Below are positions 49,746 through 57,905 of a stretch of DNA of 64,000 nt, piece by piece. The notes under the pieces were generated by a model. That model saw only the letters and a program-made list of their open reading frames with translations, had not been told where the DNA came from and searched no databases. Numbering within the stretch: position 1 is the stretch's first letter; the number at the start of each line of letters is the position of its first letter. This DNA comes from a virus, in the IMG/VR virus record IMGVR_UViG_3300032893_000030, positions 9,454-73,453 of that record; one strand, given 5' to 3'. The position numbers and the translations under genes were made by a program.

Positions 49746-49838
49746 TGTAGTTTTGTCTCTTCATCTCCTTCCAGAGAGGAAGTTCAATCGGAATTAAAAT
49801 CAAGAAGTAAAAGGGGTAGAACATTATCTTAATGATTT

Positions 49839-50084
49839 TCATTTTGTCTCCTGTTTAGTTTCTTGTTTGGTGATGGTGAAATTGTTCTTCAAATATTCAA
49901 GAACATAATCCACTTGTTCTGAAAACTCATCTTCTTTGTCCACCCCATAGTTCTCGTTCACATACTCAGTGATTCTGTAAATTAATTGTGCATTATTTTT
50001 CCAACCTGACTTAACGTCAATAATTCTTGGTTCAAATGGATGTTTCATTGTTTTCTTGTTTGGTGATGGTGGAAAGGAACTCAT
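49839..50084 (-). CDS. hypothetical early protein
   Basis: 81 aa ORF in the packed early array. The real start may be an internal Met. Confidence 0.35.
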   Translation of the reverse strand: MSSFPPSPNKKTMKHPFEPRIIDVKSGWKNNAQLIYRITEYVNENYGVDKEDEFSEQVDYVLEYLKNNFTITKQETKQETK

Positions 50085-50400
50085 TTCGGGCTTTCATTAA
50101 ATCCCAACTTTCCTTAAAGTGGAAACCGTCTGATTCTGCTAACTCCTTCCATCTTTTTATCAATTCAATCGCCTCTTTCTCCTGCTCAACGGTTAACAGG
50201 TGGCGGGACTCTTGGTCAGCGGCTCCTTTGATGTAACCATTTGTAAATCCTTGTATCGCAGCCCATTGTTGAATGAAATCGCATCCATCATCCTGGCGTA
50301 CCCAAACGCCATGATTTTTCTCAATCCAATATTCATTCGCCTTTTCCTTAGCAATTTCCTTTAACTCAATCGCTCTTTGTTCTAAAGTCTTGTCGGTCAT
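50032..50400 (-). CDS. hypothetical early protein
   Basis: 122 aa. Confidence 0.4.
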   Translation of the reverse strand: MTDKTLEQRAIELKEIAKEKANEYWIEKNHGVWVRQDDGCDFIQQWAAIQGFTNGYIKGAADQESRHLLTVEQEKEAIELIKRWKELAESDGFHFKESWDLMKARNEFLSTITKQENNETSI

Positions 50401-50816
50401 AACAGGTCAGGATTTTGATATATGTTTCCGATTACTCTTGCATGAATATCGTGCAGTTCTTCTGACAGAATTTGCTCATCTTCTCCCTCCTTTTGCGAAG
50501 TCCAGAAACCCGCATCGGAAAATCTCACAACCCCCAATTCTTTCCCCTCAGACCACAGATCAAATTCAAGGATGTCGCCCTCGTAAATGTCCAGTCCGGT
50601 TTCATCTTTGAGGCCGGTAAATTGCATGAGGATTCCAGGTGTATTCAGAATTGCGTTCGGATCGCCCGTCACAAGTCTTCTGTCCGTTCCGATTTCAAAA
50701 AGCCCCCAAGGAATGCCCTCGGAGAAAAAGGACAAATATAAATGCGAACCTTTCACCATATAGTGCATTTCTCCATCGTGGAAAACCCGAAATCTAATTT
50801 CTCTCTTGTCGGTCAT
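50397..50816 (-). CDS. YopX-family phage protein
   Basis: 139 aa. N-terminal REIRFRVFHDGEMHYMV and C-terminal GNIYQNPDLL are the YopX hallmarks. Confidence 0.65.
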   Translation of the reverse strand: MTDKREIRFRVFHDGEMHYMVKGSHLYLSFFSEGIPWGLFEIGTDRRLVTGDPNAILNTPGILMQFTGLKDETGLDIYEGDILEFDLWSEGKELGVVRFSDAGFWTSQKEGEDEQILSEELHDIHARVIGNIYQNPDLL

Positions 50817-50828
50817 TTTTGGTTGGGG

Positions 50829-51059
50829 TTAGATTCTTTGCTGCTGTTTAAATTCTTCATATAAATCACTCCATGAGTATTTCACCCAGTTTTGTTTCCC
50901 CTCAGGTAAATGTGGTTGCGTATTAAAAAACCAAAGTTTTTCGTCCCCTTCCGCGAGAAGTTCTAATTCGTGGGCCAGCATTTTCTCATGCTTCCAGATG
51001 GCAAATTGAATAGCCTCAGATTTAAGACTATTACTTGTAACGTATTTTCCTATTATCAT
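50829..51059 (-). CDS. hypothetical early protein
   Basis: 76 aa. Confidence 0.35.
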   Translation of the reverse strand: MIIGKYVTSNSLKSEAIQFAIWKHEKMLAHELELLAEGDEKLWFFNTQPHLPEGKQNWVKYSWSDLYEEFKQQQRI

Positions 51060-51442
51060 AAAACGTATTCTTTACTTGGTTCTTTAAATCCTTCTGGAAC
51101 GCCGGAACTGAGAAAGCGGATGATACGGCGGGCGGCTCCTTTGGCGGTGTTGTCGTATTTGTTCCATCTCGAAGTGAAAAGGTATTTATAGGATGGACTT
51201 CCAAAGAATATTCCAAATGCACGATCTCTGTAATGGGGAAACATTTCATAACGCCACTTTTTAATATCAGCGTATGGGCCATGTCCAACCGCGCAACCAA
51301 TAGTACCGCATGATTCGCCGTCGTTGCTATAAAAGCTCATATCAAATCCTGCCTTCAAATTCTTTTCATCCATCAGATACATTGCCAACTTATGAAGGTT
51401 GGCGATCTGTGTCTTTGTTAATCCTTTCAGATGTGATTTCAT
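51056..51442 (-). CDS. hypothetical early protein
   Basis: 128 aa. ATGA overlap. Confidence 0.4.
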   Translation of the reverse strand: MKSHLKGLTKTQIANLHKLAMYLMDEKNLKAGFDMSFYSNDGESCGTIGCAVGHGPYADIKKWRYEMFPHYRDRAFGIFFGSPSYKYLFTSRWNKYDNTAKGAARRIIRFLSSGVPEGFKEPSKEYVL

Positions 51443-51642
51443 ATCGAAATAACTTTTTCGCCCTTACGGTCTTTGCCCCGATATTTAAACCATTCACGAT
51501 CTGCACGTGCATTATCAAGATGTACTATTCGTGGACGGTCAGTACAATACAAATAATCATAACCTACTCTTGTATAAACTTCCAAATCTCCATGTTCCTC
51601 CTTGAGGTTACTGAGATGCGTGATTAGTTCTGAGACTTTCAT
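51439..51642 (-). CDS. hypothetical early protein
   Basis: 67 aa. Confidence 0.35.
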   Translation of the reverse strand: MKVSELITHLSNLKEEHGDLEVYTRVGYDYLYCTDRPRIVHLDNARADREWFKYRGKDRKGEKVISI

Positions 51643-51842
51643 TCGAGTTTCGGTTTATTTATTTCCTTCCATCGTAAACTATCATCCACGCTGATATCCT
51701 GCATGCGACCGGACTTGATCTTCCACAGCGCGTCTTCAATCTGCGCGGAGATGACAAACCACTGCTTGCGTTCCGGTGTTACCAGATCCTGCGCGCGAAC
51801 CGCTTCTTCAATGACCAGTAAAAGTTCACTGATTGTTGCCAT
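51639..51842 (-). CDS. hypothetical early protein
   Basis: 67 aa. Confidence 0.35.
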   Translation of the reverse strand: MATISELLLVIEEAVRAQDLVTPERKQWFVISAQIEDALWKIKSGRMQDISVDDSLRWKEINKPKLE

Positions 51843-51977
51843 TTAGTTGTGTGGTAAAATCCAGCGCCGATCATTCAACCAGCATACGTCATAGACGAAC
51901 TTACCATCTCTGAAGCGATACCATGTGTCGCCCTCAAGAAAGAAGTAGATTTCAGATGTTGAAGTGATGGTGATCAT
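51843..51977 (-). CDS. small hypothetical protein (44 aa, below ORF-table cutoff)
   Basis: MITITSTSEIYFFLEGDTWYRFRDGKFVYDVCWLNDRRWILPHN. Its TAA is immediately followed by the ATG of the next gene (AACTAAATGG). Confidence 0.25.
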   Translation of the reverse strand: MITITSTSEIYFFLEGDTWYRFRDGKFVYDVCWLNDRRWILPHN

Positions 51978-51986
51978 GAGTGCCGG

Positions 51987-52157
51987 TTATTTGATTATTT
52001 GTTTTACTCTTATCCACCCCAATAACAAGTCGTCTATCAGGCGTAAATATTCTTGTATAGATTCTTGATATTCTTGTGGATCAAACGACTCAAACTTTAA
52101 ACTCGGTTCTTTCACCAGCGTCTTGCAGTCAACACGGATCAGATAGCTGTCGATCAT
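51987..52157 (-). CDS. small hypothetical protein (56 aa, below ORF-table cutoff)
   Basis: MIDSYLIRVDCKTLVKEPSLKFESFDPQEYQESIQEYLRLIDDLLLGWIRVKQIIK. ATGA overlap with the upstream gene 52154..52432. Confidence 0.25.
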   Translation of the reverse strand: MIDSYLIRVDCKTLVKEPSLKFESFDPQEYQESIQEYLRLIDDLLLGWIRVKQIIK

Positions 52158-52432
52158 TGCGGATGCTCGTTTTTGAATTTATAAATCTTATCCATCAATT
52201 CATTGCACTGCGTATGAAATTTTTCCGGCATCTGCATCACTGATAGAAAGCCGGAGCCAGTGCACTTGCCGATAAGATCATACATCTCCGGCGCATACAT
52301 GACCTTCTCTAGGCCGATCAGCCGGATGGCATGCAGGGTGTTCAGGGCATCATTGATTTCCAGCGCATTCGCGGAGGAAGTCTTAGCCAATTCCTGAATG
52401 GCAGTGATCTGTTGTTGCAGAGTCGTGGTCAT
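52154..52432 (-). CDS. hypothetical early protein
   Basis: 92 aa. Confidence 0.35.
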   Translation of the reverse strand: MTTTLQQQITAIQELAKTSSANALEINDALNTLHAIRLIGLEKVMYAPEMYDLIGKCTGSGFLSVMQMPEKFHTQCNELMDKIYKFKNEHPQ

Positions 52433-52902
52433 GATTCTTTCTTTGCAAACAACTCAAACGAACTCGTTGCAGATCCGGCCTCCAACTTTCCATAACAGAA
52501 AACCCGAAGCAAGCCGCTTCGCTCCAGCGAATCAATCCCCCAGTCAATCGGTTCAACTTTCCCTGGGATCATTCCTTCATACCATTTCCCAAACCCACCG
52601 ATGCCACCAAGATGGATCACATCTGAACATCCTGACAAGCGGCATACAGGTTTGTCTTCCCTGATGGCCACAAAGTCCATGCAGCGCCAGCCACTGTCAT
52701 GCAGATGCTTGAGCGGAATAATCACAATGGCATCAATGTCCTTTTCGGCAATGTGCCAGCTTTGGCGATACGGCACAATCAAGAACTGCCAGCGATACCA
52801 CTTGGTATAATGCCTGCGCATCAATGGCGCAACAACCCAATCACGTAATGCAAAAATTAGTTTGCGGATGGCTACAATTATGGTCCTCAGTAAAGTTTTC
52901 AT
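52429..52902 (-). CDS. hypothetical early protein
   Basis: 157 aa. Trp/Arg-rich N-terminus. Confidence 0.4.
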   Translation of the reverse strand: MKTLLRTIIVAIRKLIFALRDWVVAPLMRRHYTKWYRWQFLIVPYRQSWHIAEKDIDAIVIIPLKHLHDSGWRCMDFVAIREDKPVCRLSGCSDVIHLGGIGGFGKWYEGMIPGKVEPIDWGIDSLERSGLLRVFCYGKLEAGSATSSFELFAKKES

Positions 52903-52913
52903 TTCTAATTGTT

Positions 52914-53153
52914 TTAATTCCCCGAATGTTTCGCCCAGGCATCCATCACTAAACTCTGTGCTTCCTTCTTGCAGCGGCCTTCAGGACCACCGACAATCAA
53001 CGGCATCAGCTTACCCTTCACGGTGATCATGAATAACTGATAACTCCAATGGCCCTTGCGTTCATGCTTCACAGCCAGGCGATACTTGTCAAGTTCTGCG
53101 CGGAACATTCCATCCTGGAAAGTCCACGCCAGATGCGGATAGCGCTTGTTCAT
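52914..53153 (-). CDS. hypothetical early protein
   Basis: 79 aa. Confidence 0.35.
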   Translation of the reverse strand: MNKRYPHLAWTFQDGMFRAELDKYRLAVKHERKGHWSYQLFMITVKGKLMPLIVGGPEGRCKKEAQSLVMDAWAKHSGN

Positions 53154-53344
53154 CGGTCGAAGATTGAAGACGGCTCCCCGGGCAGGCGATCTGATTCTTC
53201 TTTACCACCATTCAAGTAGTGTACGCGCTTGGCAGCGGCATCGCTTGAATCATGATCACTCTCTGGTTCCCACTCTCCATCCGGACGGTAGAATCTTACG
53301 GTCCATAATCCTGGCTCTGATTGAATGTAAACGTACATAGTCAT
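53150..53344 (-). CDS. hypothetical early protein
   Basis: 64 aa. Confidence 0.35.
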   Translation of the reverse strand: MTMYVYIQSEPGLWTVRFYRPDGEWEPESDHDSSDAAAKRVHYLNGGKEESDRLPGEPSSIFDR

Positions 53345-53508
53345 ATTAGTTTAGTGTTCCAATAAGTTGCAAATTTTTCTGCTTCTGCGTGATCGATGAA
53401 GTAATAAGACCGGTAACCACCCCACGAAACTTTGTAAATCTCATTTCCCCAATGTGCTGGGCATTTGTACAAATCAGTTTGCTTATCGTCATTGTTGTCA
53501 TTTTTCAT
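53341..53508 (-). CDS. small hypothetical protein (55 aa, below ORF-table cutoff)
   Basis: MKNDNNDDKQTDLYKCPAHWGNEIYKVSWGGYRSYYFIDHAEAEKFATYWNTKLI. ATATGA start/stop overlap with the 53150..53344 gene. Confidence 0.25.
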   Translation of the reverse strand: MKNDNNDDKQTDLYKCPAHWGNEIYKVSWGGYRSYYFIDHAEAEKFATYWNTKLI

Positions 53509-53805
53509 TTTTCAAAAATTAGTTTGTGGCTCTAGAAAGAAGTTTGTGGGCCGACAAGCGAAAAACATCCACCAAAAAATCGGCCCTTGAAATTTCAACT
53601 TCACCTGCATTCAAATTCTCTTTTTAAATAGTCTGTCAATAATTTTTTTTCCTTCCATCAGTTCATTCCCTATGCCTTGCCTTTGTCCCTTTGTCCTCAA
53701 GTTAACCCTTGGCCCGAATGCAAACGCACCCAAAGCCAAGGGAATAACCCAAACACAAATCTTTAGACCGATACGCTGTAGTTTTCCCGGTCTTGATCGT
53801 CGGTA

Positions 53806-54072
53806 TTAGCCTTTACGATCTTGTCCCTCGGTCCCTTCGTCTTCGTCTGCCTTGCTGGCAAAATGTTCCTCAATTGCCTGGTTTTGTCCTTCTTCGTATG
53901 CCTCCCATTTTTCGCCGGATTCGTCTTCGTTAAACTCCTTAGCGTAAAATTCAAAGGGAGTGAACGAACGAAAATGATCGATTGCATCAAATGCGTCATC
54001 GATTGTCGCATTGTTTTCAGCTAGTCCCTTGCCGTGTGCAAGGCCTAACTGTTTTGCTTCCTGAATTGTCAT
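53806..54072 (-). CDS. acidic hypothetical early protein
   Basis: 88 aa, strongly acidic C-terminus. Confidence 0.4.
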   Translation of the reverse strand: MTIQEAKQLGLAHGKGLAENNATIDDAFDAIDHFRSFTPFEFYAKEFNEDESGEKWEAYEEGQNQAIEEHFASKADEDEGTEGQDRKG

Positions 54073-54094
54073 AACGTTTTTAGGGGTTTAGTTT

Positions 54095-54283
54095 TCAATT
54101 TGCCTTGTAATTCAAATAGCCTTGCAGCCATTTGATCAAAACCTTTGCACTCTCTTCATTCAAGTTCATGCGGTTCGTCTTTGTGTGCTCGTCCGAAAAT
54201 TGAAAGGTCGGTTCGAATTGGCCATTGATCACGATCTTATTCATTTGATCTTGATAGTAGGTCGTTCGTTGTGTCGTCTTCAT
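54095..54283 (-). CDS. hypothetical early protein
   Basis: 62 aa. Confidence 0.35.
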   Translation of the reverse strand: MKTTQRTTYYQDQMNKIVINGQFEPTFQFSDEHTKTNRMNLNEESAKVLIKWLQGYLNYKAN

Positions 54284-54411
54284 AATTTTTGTGTTTGGTT
54301 AAGACGGGCCCACGGGCCCGTTTCGGCTATTGAAGCCTCTTCAGTTAACCTTTTGACCATCCAACAACATCCGCAAATCGATAGATCTTTATTTCTTTCG
54401 TCTTCATAGCC

Positions 54412-54789
54412 TTAGCGTTTCATTAAATAATTCGCTATCACTGCCAGCGCCGTCGGTGTTGCCAAGATCAGTAACCCTATTAACTTTTGCTTAAGCGTTA
54501 AACGCTTTGCCTTGGCCGATGTCGCAACCTGCGCGACCTTGGGCCTGTCTAAAACTTCTTGCATTGTGTTTGTGCTGATTGCCTTTGCCTCGATACTGAT
54601 TCCGTACTTTTCGGCCAATGGCTTAAGCAGTTGATTAATTTCGTTCCTGACTACGTTATAGTCGGAATTCTTTAACGCTGTGAAATCTTTAATCTTCATA
54701 AGTGTTTGTATTTCGTTCGGCCTGCTATCCTGGCTGCAGACCTTCGCCATTGATACCACTAAGGTACAACTTGTAAAATTAACATACAA
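54412..54789 (-). CDS. hypothetical protein with C-terminal TM helix
   Basis: C-terminal LIGLLILATPTALAVIANYLM. Start likely an internal Met. Confidence 0.4.
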   Translation of the reverse strand: MYVNFTSCTLVVSMAKVCSQDSRPNEIQTLMKIKDFTALKNSDYNVVRNEINQLLKPLAEKYGISIEAKAISTNTMQEVLDRPKVAQVATSAKAKRLTLKQKLIGLLILATPTALAVIANYLMKR

Positions 54790-54853
54790 TAATAATATAT
54801 AGATTATTTTAACCTGAAGGCCTGATAAAGGCCAATACTAAAAACCTGAAGCC

Positions 54854-55399
54854 TTAAACCGGTTGTGTGTTGTCCTGGACGGCCTGAACCCTGTTGCCCT
54901 TTGGTTTATAGATCCGAACATACTTAGCCGGCAATTCCTTGCGTTCACGATCCATTATTTCGCCAGCAATCCGGTCATAAAAGTCCAAAATCCGCTGCCC
55001 CTTGGCTGTTATCGCAATCGCATAGCCGTTGAAGGCCTTAACCCACTCAATACACCCCAATTCAATACATTTTTCTATTCCCGTTCGGATCCTATATTGC
55101 CAATTGCTTCGATGTCCTGACCATTTTACAACATGGTCCAACGCGGCACCCTCCTTGTTTCGGATTGCTAAAAACGTCCACGTTATCCCTAACGCTTCCA
55201 ATTCCTTGGCACCCACCCCAAACTGCGCAGCTATTGCCCTTGTTGCCTTCGCGTCAATTGCTTTATTGCCTGGATAATACTGACCGTACGTAAGCCTTTC
55301 TTTGCGGGAAACCTTCACCCCATTGCCTGGCAAGCTTTGTCCCGCGTTTGCCGCGTCCGTTTTCCCTTCAGTTGAGGTGTTTTGCCCGTTTTCCGTCAT
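54854..55399 (-). CDS. hypothetical protein (first gene of the leftward early operon)
   Basis: 181 aa. Preceded on the - strand by TTGACA...ATAATA-like promoter elements in the 55.4-55.5 kb region. Confidence 0.45.
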   Translation of the reverse strand: MTENGQNTSTEGKTDAANAGQSLPGNGVKVSRKERLTYGQYYPGNKAIDAKATRAIAAQFGVGAKELEALGITWTFLAIRNKEGAALDHVVKWSGHRSNWQYRIRTGIEKCIELGCIEWVKAFNGYAIAITAKGQRILDFYDRIAGEIMDRERKELPAKYVRIYKPKGNRVQAVQDNTQPV

Positions 55400-56004
55400 C
55401 TTGTCACGCTGTTATATAATTTGTATTATGTTAAGTAGCTTTGTATCGCGCTGATAATCAGTAATTTCTATTATGTTCAAAAAATCTTTTTCGTGTCAAA
55501 CTGGCACCCGGGCTCGTAAAAGATCGATTGCCCCAACCGAAAAGGCAGGGGGGACTTGGATACGCCTGGCCGGTGTGTGAGTTCGCGGGGATCATGGGGG
55601 TGAAGATATGGTGGAGGGTGGAGAAAGTCAACACCACTCGGATTGGGAGTGCTTGAAGGCAGGCTGGGTGAGCATAGCGTAAACATATTAGCGTAGATAT
55701 GTCACACAGTTACGGTTACGCTTTTAAGGTGGTGATTTCTACCCGTAACCAGAACCGTAACCATGCGTTTTTGACCGTTTCCTATATCTTTTATTCTTCT
55801 TTAGTTACACTTAAGAGAATAAAGAGATAAGAGTATAGATAATGGGGCTAGTATAGAGTCATAAATATATAAATGTTGAGAGTGAAAAACGCCGTAACCG
55901 TAACCATGATTTCAGGCTGATTTGAGGGTTTTTGGCGTTTTGGGCGAAATAAGCGTAACTGGAGGAAAATAAAATGTAGAAATATTTGGAAAGTATGTCT
56001 ACGT
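55400..56004. promoter_or_regulatory. divergent early control region with repeated GTAACC motifs and G-rich island
   Basis: About 600 bp without credible ORFs between diverging gene blocks. CCGTAACCGTAACCATG at 55892-55908. CGTAACCAGAACCGTAACCATG at 55744-55766. Inverted copy AGTTACGGTTACGC at 55708-55721. AAAACGCC ... GGCGTTTT inverted pair. Sigma70-like TTGACA/ATAATA on the - strand near 55.45-55.5 kb. TACGTTTG (TAnnTTTG-like) near 56000. Confidence 0.45.
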
Positions 56005-56088
56005 TTGTGTTATGTTTACATCAACAATTCAGGACAACGATTCGGGGAACAGTTAAAGACAACTCAATGGCACAATGAAGACGCAGGT

Positions 56089-56595
56089 ATGACCATACAG
56101 CATGATGATCGGATTTATTATCAGGTGTACGCGGTAGCGCGCAAGCTGTTCACTACACTTGGAGATGTGCGGACAAAGGAGATTTATGCGGAGTGTCAGG
56201 CTGCTGGGTTGCGGATTGATTACAACCGGATCACGGTGGCTGTGCGGGAGATTATGGCCGACATGGTGGCGCGCGATGAGGCTTCCAAGTCGGGATATGG
56301 TAAGTGGCGGATCAGCCATGTAGAGCGTCCCATGCCGGATGCGGGGATCATCGTTGGACGGGTCAGGGAGTTGATTGCTCCACTGTTGCGGCAGGGCGGT
56401 GTGATCCGGCCATCGAGTGCCTATGAGTTGTGCAAGGGGAAGGTGCGCTTCTGCCATGTGGTGGATGCTTTGCAGGTGATCATGCCGGCCGTGGGAGGGA
56501 AGGAACTGTCGCCCCTATGGTGGGAACTGTCGGCACCGGCCACAAGGTCAACCAGCGGGGCAGACCAGGAAGAAACAAACCAAGAGAAGATATGA
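56089..56595 (+). CDS. hypothetical protein (GC-rich island)
   Basis: Table ORF begins at TTG 56005. The first in-frame ATG at 56089 has AGGT spacing upstream. GC-rich codon usage unlike the early region. Confidence 0.4.
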   Translation: MTIQHDDRIYYQVYAVARKLFTTLGDVRTKEIYAECQAAGLRIDYNRITVAVREIMADMVARDEASKSGYGKWRISHVERPMPDAGIIVGRVRELIAPLLRQGGVIRPSSAYELCKGKVRFCHVVDALQVIMPAVGGKELSPLWWELSAPATRSTSGADQEETNQEKI

Positions 56596-57158
56596 AGCAG
56601 TGGGAGTATAAGATTGTTGACGGAGACTGTGTCTCGGTCAAAGAAATGTCCGACATAGGGGCCGAGGGATGGGAGCTTATAACGGTGTTTCAAGGAAATG
56701 AGGTTGTTTTGTACTTCAAACGCGAGATCCCGGCTGAGTCTGTTAAGGAGAAATGGTCCAAGATGTGTATGGAAGAAGCACTCGCCACGCTGTTTCCTGG
56801 CCGGACTGATGAGGAAGTGAAGGCGATCTTGGCGGGATGGAAAGAGCAGGAGAAGGCCAACGAAAGTTTCAACCGGCACTCTGAGTGGGTACAGCGAACA
56901 CGGAAGGAGGTTGAATCACAACAAGGGGGTGAACCAGAGGATGAAGATCTGATGTCCTACATCGGCACCAAGGTCGTGTGTGCAAGGCCAATGTCAGAAG
57001 ATAAGTTCAACGCCATGAAAAAGGGAGTATGGACAACAGATAGCGGCAGGCCCGGCTACCTTGTCATCTACGAAGACGGTTATAGGTCGTGGTCACCCAA
57101 GGACGTGTTCGAGCGGTGTTATCGGCTGATCACTGAGGCAGAAAAGAAATTGATATGA
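56592..57158 (+). CDS. DUF4177-like domain protein
   Basis: Start MKQWEYKIVDGD... (ATGA overlap with the previous gene). Table ORF 56430 has an implausible Gly/Arg-rich extension. Carries the MKxWEYKIV...GWELI pattern of DUF4177. Confidence 0.45.
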   Translation: MKQWEYKIVDGDCVSVKEMSDIGAEGWELITVFQGNEVVLYFKREIPAESVKEKWSKMCMEEALATLFPGRTDEEVKAILAGWKEQEKANESFNRHSEWVQRTRKEVESQQGGEPEDEDLMSYIGTKVVCARPMSEDKFNAMKKGVWTTDSGRPGYLVIYEDGYRSWSPKDVFERCYRLITEAEKKLI

Positions 57159-57352
57159 TTGAACGGGGTGATACGGTTCAATTAAAATCTGGCGGTCCTG
57201 TAATGACCGTAAAGAGGGTTGTTGCTGAAGAAAAGGAAAAATTCTTATTCTGGCAGATGATCACTCCACCCATGGTTGTGTGTACCTGGTTTGATATAAA
57301 GAACCAAACAAGAACAGAAGTTTTTCATCCTGACTTACTCAAAAAAATATGA
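57155..57352 (+). CDS. DUF2158 (YodC-like) small protein
   Basis: 65 aa. MIERGDTVQLKSGGPVMTVKRV matches the conserved GDxVxLKSGGPxMTV motif. Confidence 0.55.
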   Translation: MIERGDTVQLKSGGPVMTVKRVVAEEKEKFLFWQMITPPMVVCTWFDIKNQTRTEVFHPDLLKKI

Positions 57353-57558
57353 AGATAACCGCGCGGGCGACCGCACCCATGGATCAGGAATTTGAGATGA
57401 CCATCACGATGACGCTGGCACAGTGGCAGACGCTGGCCAATCAGATACATAAGGGCGGGGAGTGGTACTTCGGTCCTGCCGGACGATTGATTGAGGGCAT
57501 CCGTGCCATCGAATCACAGGCGACACAAAGATTCAAGGAAACTATTGAGAAGCATTGA
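57349..57558 (+). CDS. hypothetical protein
   Basis: 69 aa. ATGA overlaps at both ends. Confidence 0.4.
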   Translation: MKITARATAPMDQEFEMTITMTLAQWQTLANQIHKGGEWYFGPAGRLIEGIRAIESQATQRFKETIEKH

Positions 57559-57905
57559 TGGCGATGAATTGGCTTAACAGAATACGTTTGCGCTTCCTTG
57601 CCACCGTGGACATGATTGTCCTTGAACGTGGATACAGCTACGTGCGCATTCCGGATGGGAAGCATGCCGATGTGGTTGCCGGAATCTATCACGATGACGG
57701 ATATGAACTCTACGACATCGGCACTGTCACCTATGCGTATTGGATGCGCCGACCGGTTGATTACGTGCAGGTAGTGCATGAGTCGATCATCACGGGGCCA
57801 GTGTCCTTGTGGTACGAAGGTATTCCGCTGGAGTTGACACCGGGGCGCTGGCGGGTGCGCAGGGTTGGAAAGAGTATATCGATAACGAAAATAGCGATTG
57901 AGTAA
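57555..57905 (+). CDS. hypothetical protein
   Basis: 116 aa. Confidence 0.4.
   Translation: MMAMNWLNRIRLRFLATVDMIVLERGYSYVRIPDGKHADVVAGIYHDDGYELYDIGTVTYAYWMRRPVDYVQVVHESIITGPVSLWYEGIPLELTPGRWRVRRVGKSISITKIAIE

Noticed and set aside
54300-54340. ACGGGCC-cacg-GGCCCGT hairpin in the early array as terminator
   Set aside because: No adjacent T-tract in either orientation. It may be an mRNA stability element.
55477-55686. 69 aa Pro-rich - strand ORF in the control region
   Set aside because: It is the antisense translation of a G-rich non-coding segment. It sits alone in promoter DNA with no start context.
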